Assembly: GCA_025360605.1 (NCBI GenBank) | Contig: JANYBV010000047.1 | Coordinates: forward strand, 2,857 to 66,856 | DNA length: 64,000 nucleotides | Reading direction: 5' to 3' | Source of the DNA: Alphaproteobacteria bacterium | GTDB lineage: Bacteria; Pseudomonadota; Alphaproteobacteria; Rickettsiales; SXRF01 | Notes under the pieces: generated by a model | What the model saw: only the letters and a program-made list of their open reading frames with translations | Database searches by the model: none | Told to the model about the DNA's origin: nothing | Shown here: one piece after another, positions 17,308 to 27,623 of the stretch | Numbering within the stretch: the first letter of the stretch is position 1 | How the letters are laid out: the number at the start of each line of letters is the position of its first letter | Position numbers and translations under genes: made by a program

Positions 17308-20300
17308 ATGAGTTTTAATCGTGTATTAGAAAAATACAGAAAAATTTCCCATTCCGAGCGCGATAAAGGCGACCGTTTTGAACGCCTTATGCAAGCCTAT
17401 CTCCTGACCGACCCTAAATATGCTTATAAATTTAAGAAGGTATGGTTATGGAGTGAATTTCACGGCAAAGGAGATTTAGGCGGCAGTGATACGGGCATTG
17501 ATTTGGTTGCCCGTACTCTCGATGGCGACTATTGGGCAATCCAGTGCAAGTGCTTTGCTGAAAACGCAGTCATTGATAAGCCTGCTGTTGACAGCTTCCT
17601 GTCTACATCCAGTCGTGAGTTCAAAAACGAGGAACTGAAAACAGCCCGTTTCAGCCATCGCCTGTGGATTTCCACCACGAACAAGTGGGGAACAAACGCT
17701 ACCGAAGCCATTAAAAACCAGAACCCACCCGTCACGCGTATTAACCTCTATGATTTGCAGGAAGCGCCTGTTGACTGGGAAAAGCTGGATAAAGGCATAC
17801 ATGGGGAAGCATCTCGTACCCCGAAGAAAACCCTGCGACAACACCAGAAAGATGCCCTTGATAAAACGCATGAGCATTTTAAGACCGCCGAGCGCGGCAA
17901 ACTCATCATGGCCTGTGGCACGGGCAAAACCTTTAACTCCCTGCGTATTGCCGAGAATGAAACGAATGGCAAAGGCACGATACTATTTTTAGTGCCATCC
18001 ATCGCCTTGCTGGGGCAAACCCTACGGGAATGATCATCCGATGCCAATGAGCCTATCAATGCCATTTGCATCTGCTCCGACCCTGAGATTTCCCGCAAAA
18101 AGACCAAAAACGAGGATAGCGATAATTTCAGCGTTGTGGATTTGGCTTTGCCCGCTTCCACCGATGCAAAAGATATTCTCCACCAGTTCACACACATCAA
18201 AACCAAAGGCCACAAAGGGATGACGGTAGTATTTTCTACCTATCAATCCATTGAGGTGATTGCCAAAGCTCAGAAGGAACTGCTGAAAAATGGCTTTGGC
18301 GAGTTTGACCTGATTATCTGCGACGAAGCCCACCGCACCACAGGCGTTTCACTGGCAGGTGAGGATGAATCAGCTTTTACCAAAGTGCATGATAGCGGGT
18401 TTATCAAAGCCAAAAAACGCCTCTACATGACGGCAACGCCCCGCCTTTATAATGATGACACCAAAAGCAAGGCTGCGCAGGCCGATGCTACGTTATGCTC
18501 AATGGATGACACTAAGCTGTACGGGGAAGAAATTTACCGCATTGGCTTTGGCGAGGCGGTGGAAAAAGGGTTGCTCACTGATTACAAAGTGTTGATTCTT
18601 ACCCTGAGCGATAAAGACGTTCCCCCCGCAGTTCAAAAGATGGTTGCGGATAAGGAAAGCGAAATTAATGCCGATGATGCCTCAAAACTTATTGGCTGCA
18701 TCAATGCGCTTTCAAAGCAGGTGTTGGGAGATGAAGGCATTATCAAAGCCACTGACCCCGAACCCATGCGTCGCGCCGTGGCTTTCTGCCAGAGCATTGC
18801 CGTTTCTAAAAAAATTACTGCTACCTATAACACCGCAACCGATGCCTATATCAGTTCATTGCCGCCTGAGAAAAAAGGAGAGATGGTTTCCGTGGCCTCC
18901 AAACATATTGACGGCACAATGTCGGCTCCTGAGCGTGATGAGCTGCTGGGCTGGCTGAAAGCGGATATGGATAGCGGCGAGTGCCGCGTCCTTACCAACG
19001 TGCGCTGCCTGAGCGAAGGCGTGGATGTGCCATCGCTCGACGCAGTGATGTTCCTTTCCGCCCGTAACTCGCAGGTGGACGTAGTGCAGTCCGTTGGCCG
19101 CGTCATGCGTAAAGCCCCTGGCAAGAAATATGGCTATATCATCATCCCCGTGGTTGTTCCATCCGAGGTAGAGGCTAGCAAAGCCCTTGATGACAATGAA
19201 CGCTATAAAGTGGTGTGGACTGTATTGAACGCTCTCAGAGCGCATGATGACCGCTTTAACGCTACCGTGAATAAAATTGAACTCAACCGCACCAGGCCAG
19301 AACAGATACTGGTGGGCAGGCCAGAAATTTCCTTTGAAAATGGCCAGCCTGTCTATGGTGACCCAGATCGATTAAATAATACCAATAAGGACATCAGCCG
19401 CCAGATGGCGCTGCAATTTGAGCAGTTACAGAATGTGGTGTTTGCACGAATGGTGCAAAAAGTTGGCGACCGCCGCTATTGGGAGCAATGGGCAAATAGC
19501 GTGGCCGAAATTGCCACACGGCAAATCGAGCGCATCAATCGCCTCATTGCCGAGGACAAGATTCATCAAAAAGCCTTCGCTAATTTCTTGGGCGGGCTGC
19601 AAAAGAATATCAACCCAAGCATTACCCAGTATGAAGCGGTGGAAATGCTTTCGCAGCACATCATCACCAAGCCCGTGTTCGAGGCATTGTTTGAGGGCTA
19701 TTCCTTCGTAAAAAACAATCCTATTTCCGTATCCATGCAAACAATGCTGGATTTGCTGGAAGATCAGGCATTCGATAAAGATGCAGAAACTCTGCAAAAA
19801 TTCTACGAATCCGTAAAAATGCGGGCCTCAGGCATTGATAATGCCGAGGGCAAACAGCGCATCATCATCGAGTTATATAATAAATTCTTCAAAACCGCCT
19901 TCCCAAAAATGGTGGAAAAGCTGGGTATTGTTTATACACCCGTAGAGGTGGTGGATTTCATTATCCATTCCGTCAGTGATGTGCTGCAAAAAGAATTTGG
20001 CCGCAAGCTGGCTGATGAGAATGTCCACATTCTCGACCCCTTCACAGGCACAGGCACTTTTATTACCCGCTTGATACAAAGCGATCTGATTGGCAAAAAG
20101 GATTTACTCCGCAAATACCAGCATGAAATCCATGCCAATGAAATTGTGCTGCTGGCTTATTACATTGCCGCTGTGAACATCGAAAATGCCTACCATGACG
20201 TGGTGGAGGGTAAGGATTATGAGCCGTTCGATGGCATCTGTCTAACAGATACCTTCCAGCTTGGCGAAAGCGATGAAAGCGAGAAGCTGTTTTCCGAAAT

Positions 20301-22158
20301 GTTCCCGCAAAACTCCAAACGGGTGCAGGCGCAAAAGAAAGCCCCGCTGCGGGTGATTATGGGCAACCCGCCTTATTCGGTGGGGCAGCAATCTGCCAAT
20401 GACAATGCTCAAAACCAAGAATATGAGAAATTGGATAGCAGGATTGCAAAAACCTATGCCACTGGGAGTAAGGCCACATCAGTAAAAGCCCTGTATGATT
20501 CATACATAAAGGCTTTCAGGTGGAGTGCCGACCGTTTAGACCCTAAACATGGCGGCATTGTCTGCTTTGTGTCCAACGGAAGTTGGTTGGAAGTAAATGG
20601 GATGGACGGATTCCGTAAATCGCTAGAAAATGAATTCTCTGCTATTTATGTTTTCAATTTGCGTGGCAATGCCAGAACACAGGGCGAACCACGAAGGAAG
20701 GAAGCAGGCAACGTATTTGGCGGCGGCTCACGTACCACGATTGCCATTACATTGTTGGTAAAAAATACTGAGCAGAAGAACAAGAAAGCCCTCATCCATT
20801 ACCATGATATTGGTGACTATTTAGATAGGGAAGAAAAGCTCGCTATCATTCAACAATTCGCCACCGTCCAAAATAAACAGATGTCATGGGAAACCCTTAC
20901 CCCTAATGAGCATGGCGACTGGATTAGCCAAAGAAACGATATTTTTGAAACATATACTCCAATAGAGCCAGATAAAAAATTTGATTTGAAATCTAAGGCA
21001 TATTTTGTCGTTAATTCGCTTGGTATAAACTCTAATAGAGATTCTTGGGTTTATAGTTCCTCGTCACAAGAACTTCAAAAAAACATGGCACGAACTATTG
21101 ATACTTATAATAAACAAGTAGATGGTTATCAAAAAGCGATTCGGGAAAATAAGAAACTTAAAGTTGAAGATTTTATTGACACCGACCCCAAGAAAATAAG
21201 TTGGTCTAGTAGTTTACTCCCCAATGTAGAAAGGGGGAATAAAACTCAGTTTGAATCAGATAAAATTAGATTAGCCCATTATCGTCCTTTTTTCCTACAA
21301 CGCCTTTATAATGGTGATAAATTTATTCATCGCAGGGGACAATTTCAGGAATTTTTCCCGACTGCTAATTCCAAAAATCTTCTTATTGGCGTATCAGCCT
21401 CATCTAAGGGCTTATCAGTATTAATTTCAGATAAAATACCTGACCTTCATTTCAACGGTGATACCCAATGCTTCCCTCTCTACTATTACGAAAAGAACGA
21501 AAAGCAGAATAAAAGCCTGTTTGATGAGGGTGACGGTGAATATGTCCGCCGTGACGGCGTGAGTAATTTTATCCTTGAACGTGCCAAAGCGATGTATGGC
21601 AAGACTGTCAGCAAAGAAGATATTTTCTATTATGTGTATGGCTTCCTGCACAGCCCTGAATACCGTGAAACCTTTGCCAATGACTTCAAGAAAATGCTCC
21701 CGCGTTTACCGCTGGTGGAAGATGTGAGGGATTTTTGGAAATTCAGCAAAGCAGGCAGGGCATTAACCGAGTTGCACCTGGGCTATGAAACCGTCCAAGC
21801 CTACGATGGCGTGAAGGTCACGGGCGCGGATAGTAATTTTTTCACGGTCGAAAAAATGCGCTTCCCCAAAAAAAACCAGAAAGATACCATCCACTTCAAT
21901 AGTAAAATCATCATTTCTGGCATCCCCGCCAAAGCCTATGACTATGTGGTAAACGGCAAAAGTGCTATCGAATGGATTATGGAACGCTATGCCATCACTA
22001 CCCACAAGGAAAGCGGCATCACTAATAATCCTAATGACTGGGCTGAGGAAGCTGGCAAGCCTCGTTATATTCTTGACCTATTACTCAGCATAATCAATGT
22101 GAGCATTCAGACAGTTAATATTGTAGAAACCTTGCCAAAAGTATCATTTGTAAGCTGA
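17308..22158 (+). pseudogene. Type ISP restriction-modification enzyme (Mrr-like nuclease + SF2 DEAH helicase + N6-adenine MTase + TRD) interrupted by one in-frame TGA at 18031-18033
   Basis: ORFs 17308..18033 and 18136..22158 are in the same frame, and 18034-18135 has no stop. Motifs are GIDLVA...AIQCK (nuclease), ACGTGKT and ICDEAHRTTG (helicase), IMGNPPYSVGQ (MTase) and the conserved C-terminal YVYGFLHSPEYRETF. Confidence 0.8.
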
Positions 22159-22172
22159 GTATGCCTATTCGA

Positions 22173-22214
22173 CTGGACTTCTGCCCAATAGCAAGCATTG
22201 CTGGGGATACGGGC
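22173..22214. repeat. left copy of an imperfect direct repeat (17-nt perfect core CAATAGCAAGCATTGCT at 22186-22202)
   Basis: 34/42 identical to 27165-27206 by hand alignment. Weaker collinear similarity extends over about 22164-22262. Confidence 0.7.
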
Positions 22215-22276
22215 TTGCTTCCGAGCTCGTAGTCAACGCCCGGACCTGATTCTGGGCTTAATGGCTCGGATTTTAT

Positions 22277-22981
22277 TTATTTAGGCCATTCTTTATATTT
22301 TCTAGGGAATAAATTGATTCCATCTTGTCGCCTTAACTCTATAAATGGCTTTAGTTTGGCAGACGAGTTTAAGCGATATTTCTCGGATGTTCTCAAGAAC
22401 CAGGTGTAAATATCTGCTAACTGTAAAAATCTACTTAGATGAGAATGTGTGAAGTGTACTGACTCAAAAATATGGTCCAATTTTTGCCCATACTGAAACT
22501 GTGTACCGGCTATTCTATAGTCCGAAAGGGCTAATGAAAAACGTTCGGATACACCGTCGTTTTCCCTGTCGCCTATAAGCATTCCCAAAGAGTGATTCAC
22601 CTTAATATGTTGGTTGGCGCGTTCACATAAATACATGAAAGCAATTTTTGCACTATCTTGGGTAAGGGCGAGCTTATCTGTATTTATTTGAATATCTATG
22701 AGATCAATATTTTCTTGAGACAAGATTTTTAGAAATTTGGTAAAAATCTCAAGGCGATTCTCGTCAGTTACATTACGAAAATTATCCTGCTTGTTATATA
22801 TATTATTGGCATGAAATTCTGAGGCCCTACTGAGTTTCACGACACCGAATATTTCTTCAGAAATCTGATTGATGGACTCTTCTATTTCTCTCAGATGCTC
22901 CTTATCTATACACACGGCCCCAATATGATATCGAGGGAAATCTCTTTGTGGTTTAGATTCATCGAAGAAAATTAATTTCAT
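22277..22981 (-). CDS. DUF3800-family protein
   Basis: 234-aa AT-rich ORF. N-terminus MKLIFFDESK and C-terminal HLSRFLQLADIYTW match my recollection of DUF3800 hallmarks. Confidence 0.6.
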   Translation of the reverse strand: MKLIFFDESKPQRDFPRYHIGAVCIDKEHLREIEESINQISEEIFGVVKLSRASEFHANNIYNKQDNFRNVTDENRLEIFTKFLKILSQENIDLIDIQINTDKLALTQDSAKIAFMYLCERANQHIKVNHSLGMLIGDRENDGVSERFSLALSDYRIAGTQFQYGQKLDHIFESVHFTHSHLSRFLQLADIYTWFLRTSEKYRLNSSAKLKPFIELRRQDGINLFPRKYKEWPK

Positions 22982-23061
22982 GATTACACATAAATAGGAA
23001 ATTTAAATTTCATGCTTTGGATGATCGTCGTGCCGGAAGCAATCCTGGCCAGAGAATCAGA

Positions 23062-26000
23062 TCAAGGTTTTTCGAACAGGACACCTAATACAGGCCAAAT
23101 CCCAGCCACGCTCGCCTTTGCTCCAGGGCTTGTGGCAAGCAACACCGGTTGAAAATCGCCTCCAATTTCTAGACTTTCAAGGATTATGAATCCATCTAAG
23201 CCTGCTCTCAGGCGCTTGAAATATCTGGCGCCATTTGAATCTTCAGCAATAACAGGAGATCCTTCTAGCTTGGCCAGTGCATCTGTGAGTGCAATCTGCT
23301 GGGCAATTATCAGGTATTGGCCATTAAGTGCATGTGGTTCTGCGCTCTCACCTTGGACTTTTACCAATCCCTGTATGCCAGAGAAAGCTGACTTCACATT
23401 TGCTTCTCCCCCACAATCCACAAATTCATGCTCAGAGGATTGAGCCGCCCCATAGCCAGAACCATATAAAACACCGACTATTTTATGCATAGATAATGTG
23501 GATAGCTTTGCGACAACTGGCGGCGCAATCTTCCGAGGATTAATCGCATTTGCCGTCAATACAGCAACATCTGAATGATTTTCAGCAATCTCAAGTCGCC
23601 GAGCGAGAAGCCGGTCATCGCTAAGAGCTACAACAAGCGATTTTGCAGTTGGAGCCTGATGCTCGCGAACTAATAACAAATCGCCAGGCCGTGCGACCGG
23701 TTCCAAGGTTGGCGTTGTTAAGCAAAACGCAAAGTGGTCCTTTAACTCAACCGTTTCTATGGCCGCCCCATTAATACTTAATTCAACACACCCATCAGCT
23801 GCACGCCCATCGCTTAAGGCTGCCGCGGAACCGACTATGGGCAGTTTGAGGGTTCTAACAAAGTCTTTATGCCCTTCTGGCAGACTTACCGTCGGATGAA
23901 GGGCATGAAGAGCTGTTAATCCGCCATGTAAAGCTTTATGTTCCCGGGCAATGCGAAATGCTCGTTCGAGCGCGGGCCTGAGCTTTTTTGTCCAATATTT
24001 TTGTACGTCTGTTGCTTCCGACATACCTAAGGCAGCAACCGTTGCATGGTGTGCGGACTCAATGAATTTAATCTCAGGAACAGCTTTGCCGAGCACGTTA
24101 GCTAACGTATCAAAAGCATTGCGATTCCAAGGTTCATGCTTAGCAATGTGTAGTTGTTTTAATCTTTCACGACAGTCACCAATTACTGAGGTTTGAATGT
24201 CGATATCCTCTCCTCTGAGCATCAATCGAAGCATACCTTCAACAAATACTCTCATTGCCGCCATATAATCTTGAGCAGCCGTAGGGGTTTTTTCTTTTGT
24301 GACGCGCTCCCATCGCCGGTTAAGCTCATCTCCTTCAAATATTCCTAAATGACCCAATTCGGTACCAGCTGATGCAATCAATATACGCCGTCCGGAAACA
24401 CCATCTATTTCTAAAAAAGAAAGAAATTGTTCATCATGTGTACTGAGAACGACCTGAACAGCCGTAATTGACTTTTGCAGCTTGGCAATTTGCTCAGCCC
24501 ATCTATGCCTGTGTATGTTGTCAAAAGTCTGTTGAGGGTCATCGAGCAGCATAAGGGGTAATTGGTCGTTGCCCATTTGCTCTACGGCCTCTTCACGAAG
24601 TGCGAATATGAATGCCCATAGAACACCGCGAATCCATGAAGTGTTGGCTACAAGTGTAGCATCCACGCAAATTTCATCGGACATCGCACCATGAATTATT
24701 AATCCAGCTTTTTTTTCCAGAGTCGCTTTTTGAAATTGTACTGCATCAGAAAGATACGTCTCACCATGAATTTTTCCTATTCGACCAGAAAGATCACTAA
24801 GCGCATCCCGTGTCTGTGCTTCCGCAAAATTACCTAGATTCTTTAGTGGAGAAAGCGCGTCTGCAATTTCTTGTCTTTGTACAATTTCCTTTTCTATAAC
24901 GCGTGCTCTTAAGCCCTGTGCCCAAGCTAGTCTCATTGCTGCAGCCCCTAATCTATAAGGCTCTGCTTCACCCATTGCTTTCCCAACACGTTCAATATAT
25001 GTGCTCAATGTCTCAGGGGCAGTTTGAGGAATTGTTCCATCTGGTAATGGATCTACACAGGTCAATTCTTTCCACCATTCAGTCCAAGCAACTTTTTCCC
25101 CTTCAAACCACAACGCTAATGCAATGAGTTGTTCTAGTTTTTGTATGCGGCCATAAACCGCACTTGTTCCGGGAGCTGTTTCCAGCTCAATTATAACTGC
25201 TTGAACTTCGGCAGTTGGCGCGGATTTACAGGCCGCTTCCACTAGCGTTCCAAATTTAGCGAGCGTTTTTGAATATATGTCGGCCGTAACTAACTTCTTT
25301 TTAATATCTGCAACCAATGCAGACTGTACCGAAGACGGAATTGGTTCAGTCAAATAACGTTTTAGTGGCTGAGGAAGTGCTGCTTCTAACAACCCTAGAA
25401 TCTCTTGAATATTATCAGAAAGTTTCTTTGTTGCAGACTCGCCGGCATTCTGAAGAGCCATTAACTGTGCTTGTAGAATTGGGTTGTCAGATAATGAGTG
25501 CTGACATGTTGGACACTCGCCGATTGCACCAGAGCCATGGTTAGCGTGCCATTGAGCAGCTAACGCTTTTAATTGAAAGCGAGTGTCTGTTTGAGCCTCT
25601 TGGTGGTAGCCGACCGCAATTTCTAACGCAGCTTTAGCATCGCTAATAGATTGGGTTACAGAGAGGCGAGTTAAAACATCTAAATTCGCTGCAATAGTCT
25701 CAGCGAAGGCCCATGATGAGAAGCTATTTAGGCCATTTTTAATGTCTTTATCTGCGTCGGCGAGTGCTAGCACGATTTGCCGTTGTATTTGAGCATTGGT
25801 AAGATCTAAACCTGTCGCGAGATCATCGGATACAACCTTCGTTAAATCGGCGGTTTTTTCGCTTAATGACTTACCAAGTGCAGCGAAAGATCCACCAGCA
25901 TCGTCCGTATCGCTTGGTTTGAAATTTGATATAGTGATGTTAACCGGAGCTAGTGCAGTACGGGCTACTTCTACTTGTGCATCGAATTCCCGTTTTGCCG

Positions 26001-26880
26001 TATCGAGCTCTGTGTTTTTGTAAGAGAGATAGTCGCGGCTTTTGTGACACAAGTCTTGAATAAAGGTGCCGAGTTCTATTAATTCATCTAGACCAGTTAA
26101 TGCTTGTACTGCATCCGTGAGTTGATCTTTGCTCGCTCCATCAAAACGAATTTTGGGCAGGCGCGCAGGCATCAGAAGCCCGGTTTCTATTAGAACCGGA
26201 GGCAGCTGAAGTGCGGGGTCAATAATAATGCTGTTGTTTTTGCCTTTAAGAGTTCGCGTTATAGATGCGAGTTTACCTACCGGGTTTGAGAAGATAACTT
26301 CAACTCGAACATCAGGCCCCGCGACTATGTCCGCTACAGTTTTGGGATAAGTAGCGACAGGAGGCCACTCGCCAATTTTTTGAACTAAGGCGTTCAGTAC
26401 TGGTTTAACCTCGTCAGCGGCCGCATCACTTTGATCTCTAGGACGTTCACCCGTTAACGCCCATACAATGGCCGCTGTTAGCGATGATTTACCACTGCCG
26501 TTTGGACCGTCTAAGAGTAAACTCTCCTGATTAAGCTCTAAAGTGAACTCTGGCCCTTTCCATGCATTTATACCACCGAATCCCTGAGCCTTTACAGCGT
26601 GTATCTTCCAAGGGCCTTCAAGAATTGTGCAGGTCGCCGCCGCAGCTATTTCCGTGGCCGGGTCGCCCGCCTCAATAAAAGCGTCAGCCAATCCTTTGGT
26701 AAAGACATCTGACAGTCCTTTTACCTCTCTAATATTAGAAGTTAGCAGATAAGCTAAAAGGCGACGCTGTTTCGCATCCGCTAAAGCCATGGAGTTGGAT
26801 TTGCCGTTTCCATCCTTCCAACCAAGAGCTTTGCCTTTAAGAAGGTCAGCCTTTATTTCTGTCTTTGTTAGCCGCGCCAT
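23062..26880 (-). CDS. Rad50/SMC-like ABC ATPase with CxxC hook-like motif and tandem C-terminal LexA/S24-like domains
   Basis: 1272-aa ORF. Walker A is LLLDGPNGSGKSS (~26491-26520), Walker B is LPLMLLDDP (~24536-24562), and the H-loop is LSTHD. A long insert between them carries GECPTCQH (25504-25518). Confidence 0.7.
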   Translation of the reverse strand: MARLTKTEIKADLLKGKALGWKDGNGKSNSMALADAKQRRLLAYLLTSNIREVKGLSDVFTKGLADAFIEAGDPATEIAAAATCTILEGPWKIHAVKAQGFGGINAWKGPEFTLELNQESLLLDGPNGSGKSSLTAAIVWALTGERPRDQSDAAADEVKPVLNALVQKIGEWPPVATYPKTVADIVAGPDVRVEVIFSNPVGKLASITRTLKGKNNSIIIDPALQLPPVLIETGLLMPARLPKIRFDGASKDQLTDAVQALTGLDELIELGTFIQDLCHKSRDYLSYKNTELDTAKREFDAQVEVARTALAPVNITISNFKPSDTDDAGGSFAALGKSLSEKTADLTKVVSDDLATGLDLTNAQIQRQIVLALADADKDIKNGLNSFSSWAFAETIAANLDVLTRLSVTQSISDAKAALEIAVGYHQEAQTDTRFQLKALAAQWHANHGSGAIGECPTCQHSLSDNPILQAQLMALQNAGESATKKLSDNIQEILGLLEAALPQPLKRYLTEPIPSSVQSALVADIKKKLVTADIYSKTLAKFGTLVEAACKSAPTAEVQAVIIELETAPGTSAVYGRIQKLEQLIALALWFEGEKVAWTEWWKELTCVDPLPDGTIPQTAPETLSTYIERVGKAMGEAEPYRLGAAAMRLAWAQGLRARVIEKEIVQRQEIADALSPLKNLGNFAEAQTRDALSDLSGRIGKIHGETYLSDAVQFQKATLEKKAGLIIHGAMSDEICVDATLVANTSWIRGVLWAFIFALREEAVEQMGNDQLPLMLLDDPQQTFDNIHRHRWAEQIAKLQKSITAVQVVLSTHDEQFLSFLEIDGVSGRRILIASAGTELGHLGIFEGDELNRRWERVTKEKTPTAAQDYMAAMRVFVEGMLRLMLRGEDIDIQTSVIGDCRERLKQLHIAKHEPWNRNAFDTLANVLGKAVPEIKFIESAHHATVAALGMSEATDVQKYWTKKLRPALERAFRIAREHKALHGGLTALHALHPTVSLPEGHKDFVRTLKLPIVGSAAALSDGRAADGCVELSINGAAIETVELKDHFAFCLTTPTLEPVARPGDLLLVREHQAPTAKSLVVALSDDRLLARRLEIAENHSDVAVLTANAINPRKIAPPVVAKLSTLSMHKIVGVLYGSGYGAAQSSEHEFVDCGGEANVKSAFSGIQGLVKVQGESAEPHALNGQYLIIAQQIALTDALAKLEGSPVIAEDSNGARYFKRLRAGLDGFIILESLEIGGDFQPVLLATSPGAKASVAGIWPVLGVLFEKP
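23065..23850 (-). other. tandem LexA/S24-like modules at the C-terminus of the 1272-aa ATPase
   Basis: Module 1 reads LPIVGSAAAL...CLTTPTLEP...PGDLLLV...LLARRL (Ser->Thr, Lys->Arg). Module 2 reads VQGESAEP...GQYLII...RYFKRL (Ser and Lys kept). Both were aligned by eye to the E. coli LexA CTD (GMSM...VKRL). Confidence 0.55.
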
Positions 26881-27164
26881 TTTGTTTTTTTATTCTCTTA
26901 TTTACGGATAATGATTTCTAACTAGATTCAAGCCCTACTTTAAGTGGTATTGCCAAGAAGTTTATACAACCTTATTTGGGGGGTGTAAATATATACTCCT
27001 AGGACAAATACATAACATTTTCGTAGCTGTATTGGCCGCGAGAAGACTGCAAATATCTTGCGAGTTACTGTGGGATTCCTGTCAGATTCCTGCGTAAAAA
27101 TTGATCGACGAATTCAAACCGTTGCTGGCCGGACTTTAGTGAAATACCCTATGAGCTCATTCCG

Positions 27165-27206
27165 CTGGACTTGCCTTCAATAGCAAGCATTGCTAGCGAT
27201 ATGGGC
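27165..27206. repeat. right copy of the imperfect direct repeat (core CAATAGCAAGCATTGCT at 27178-27194)
   Basis: See the left copy. It lies about 95 nt upstream of the DUF3489 gene start. Confidence 0.7.
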
Positions 27207-27299
27207 ACTCCTTGCTCATACACTATACCCGGCCATGCACGGGCTTGTGTCAGTACAGGCGCCGGAATGGTTCCGGTGTCGTATGTACAGGAGACGAAT

Positions 27300-27623
27300 A
27301 TGCCAAAATCCAAGAAAAAGATTGCTGCGAGCGATAAATCGCAGCCCATCCATAAGCCAAAGAAGAAAAAAAAGCATTCTTCCAATCCCATCATTAATGC
27401 CACCGCTGATGAGCGCACTTCCAAACAGGCAACGCTGATCGCGCTGTTGGAGCATCCCAACGGTGCCACCATCGGTGATCTGGCCTCCCGCCTAGGCTGG
27501 CAACGTCACAGCGTGCATGGGGTAATGTCGGGTGTGCTAAGGAAAAAATTAGCTCTCACCATCACCTCCAATGCCGAGGAGCGTGGACGTGTGTACCGCA
27601 TCACTAGGACGAGCCGTATATGA
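27300..27623 (+). CDS. DUF3489-like protein with Lys-rich N-terminus
   Basis: ATG 27300 follows an AGGAGA RBS. The core reads SKQATLIALLEHPNGATIGDLASRLGWQRHSVHGVMSG...GRVYRI. Confidence 0.6.
   Translation: MPKSKKKIAASDKSQPIHKPKKKKKHSSNPIINATADERTSKQATLIALLEHPNGATIGDLASRLGWQRHSVHGVMSGVLRKKLALTITSNAEERGRVYRITRTSRI

Noticed and set aside
18031-18033. The in-frame TGA might mean that TGA encodes Trp (a code-4-like reassignment).
   Set aside because: TGA clearly terminates well-supported genes in the same window: the recombinase at 4396-4398, iscS at 46513-46515, and hscB at 48504-48506. A nonsense mutation, read-through or sequencing error is more parsimonious.
27171-27299. An N-terminal extension of the DUF3489 ORF back to 27171.
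   Set aside because: The extension runs through the repeat/att-like region and lacks an RBS. ATG 27300 has an AGGAGA RBS, and the conserved domain begins after it.
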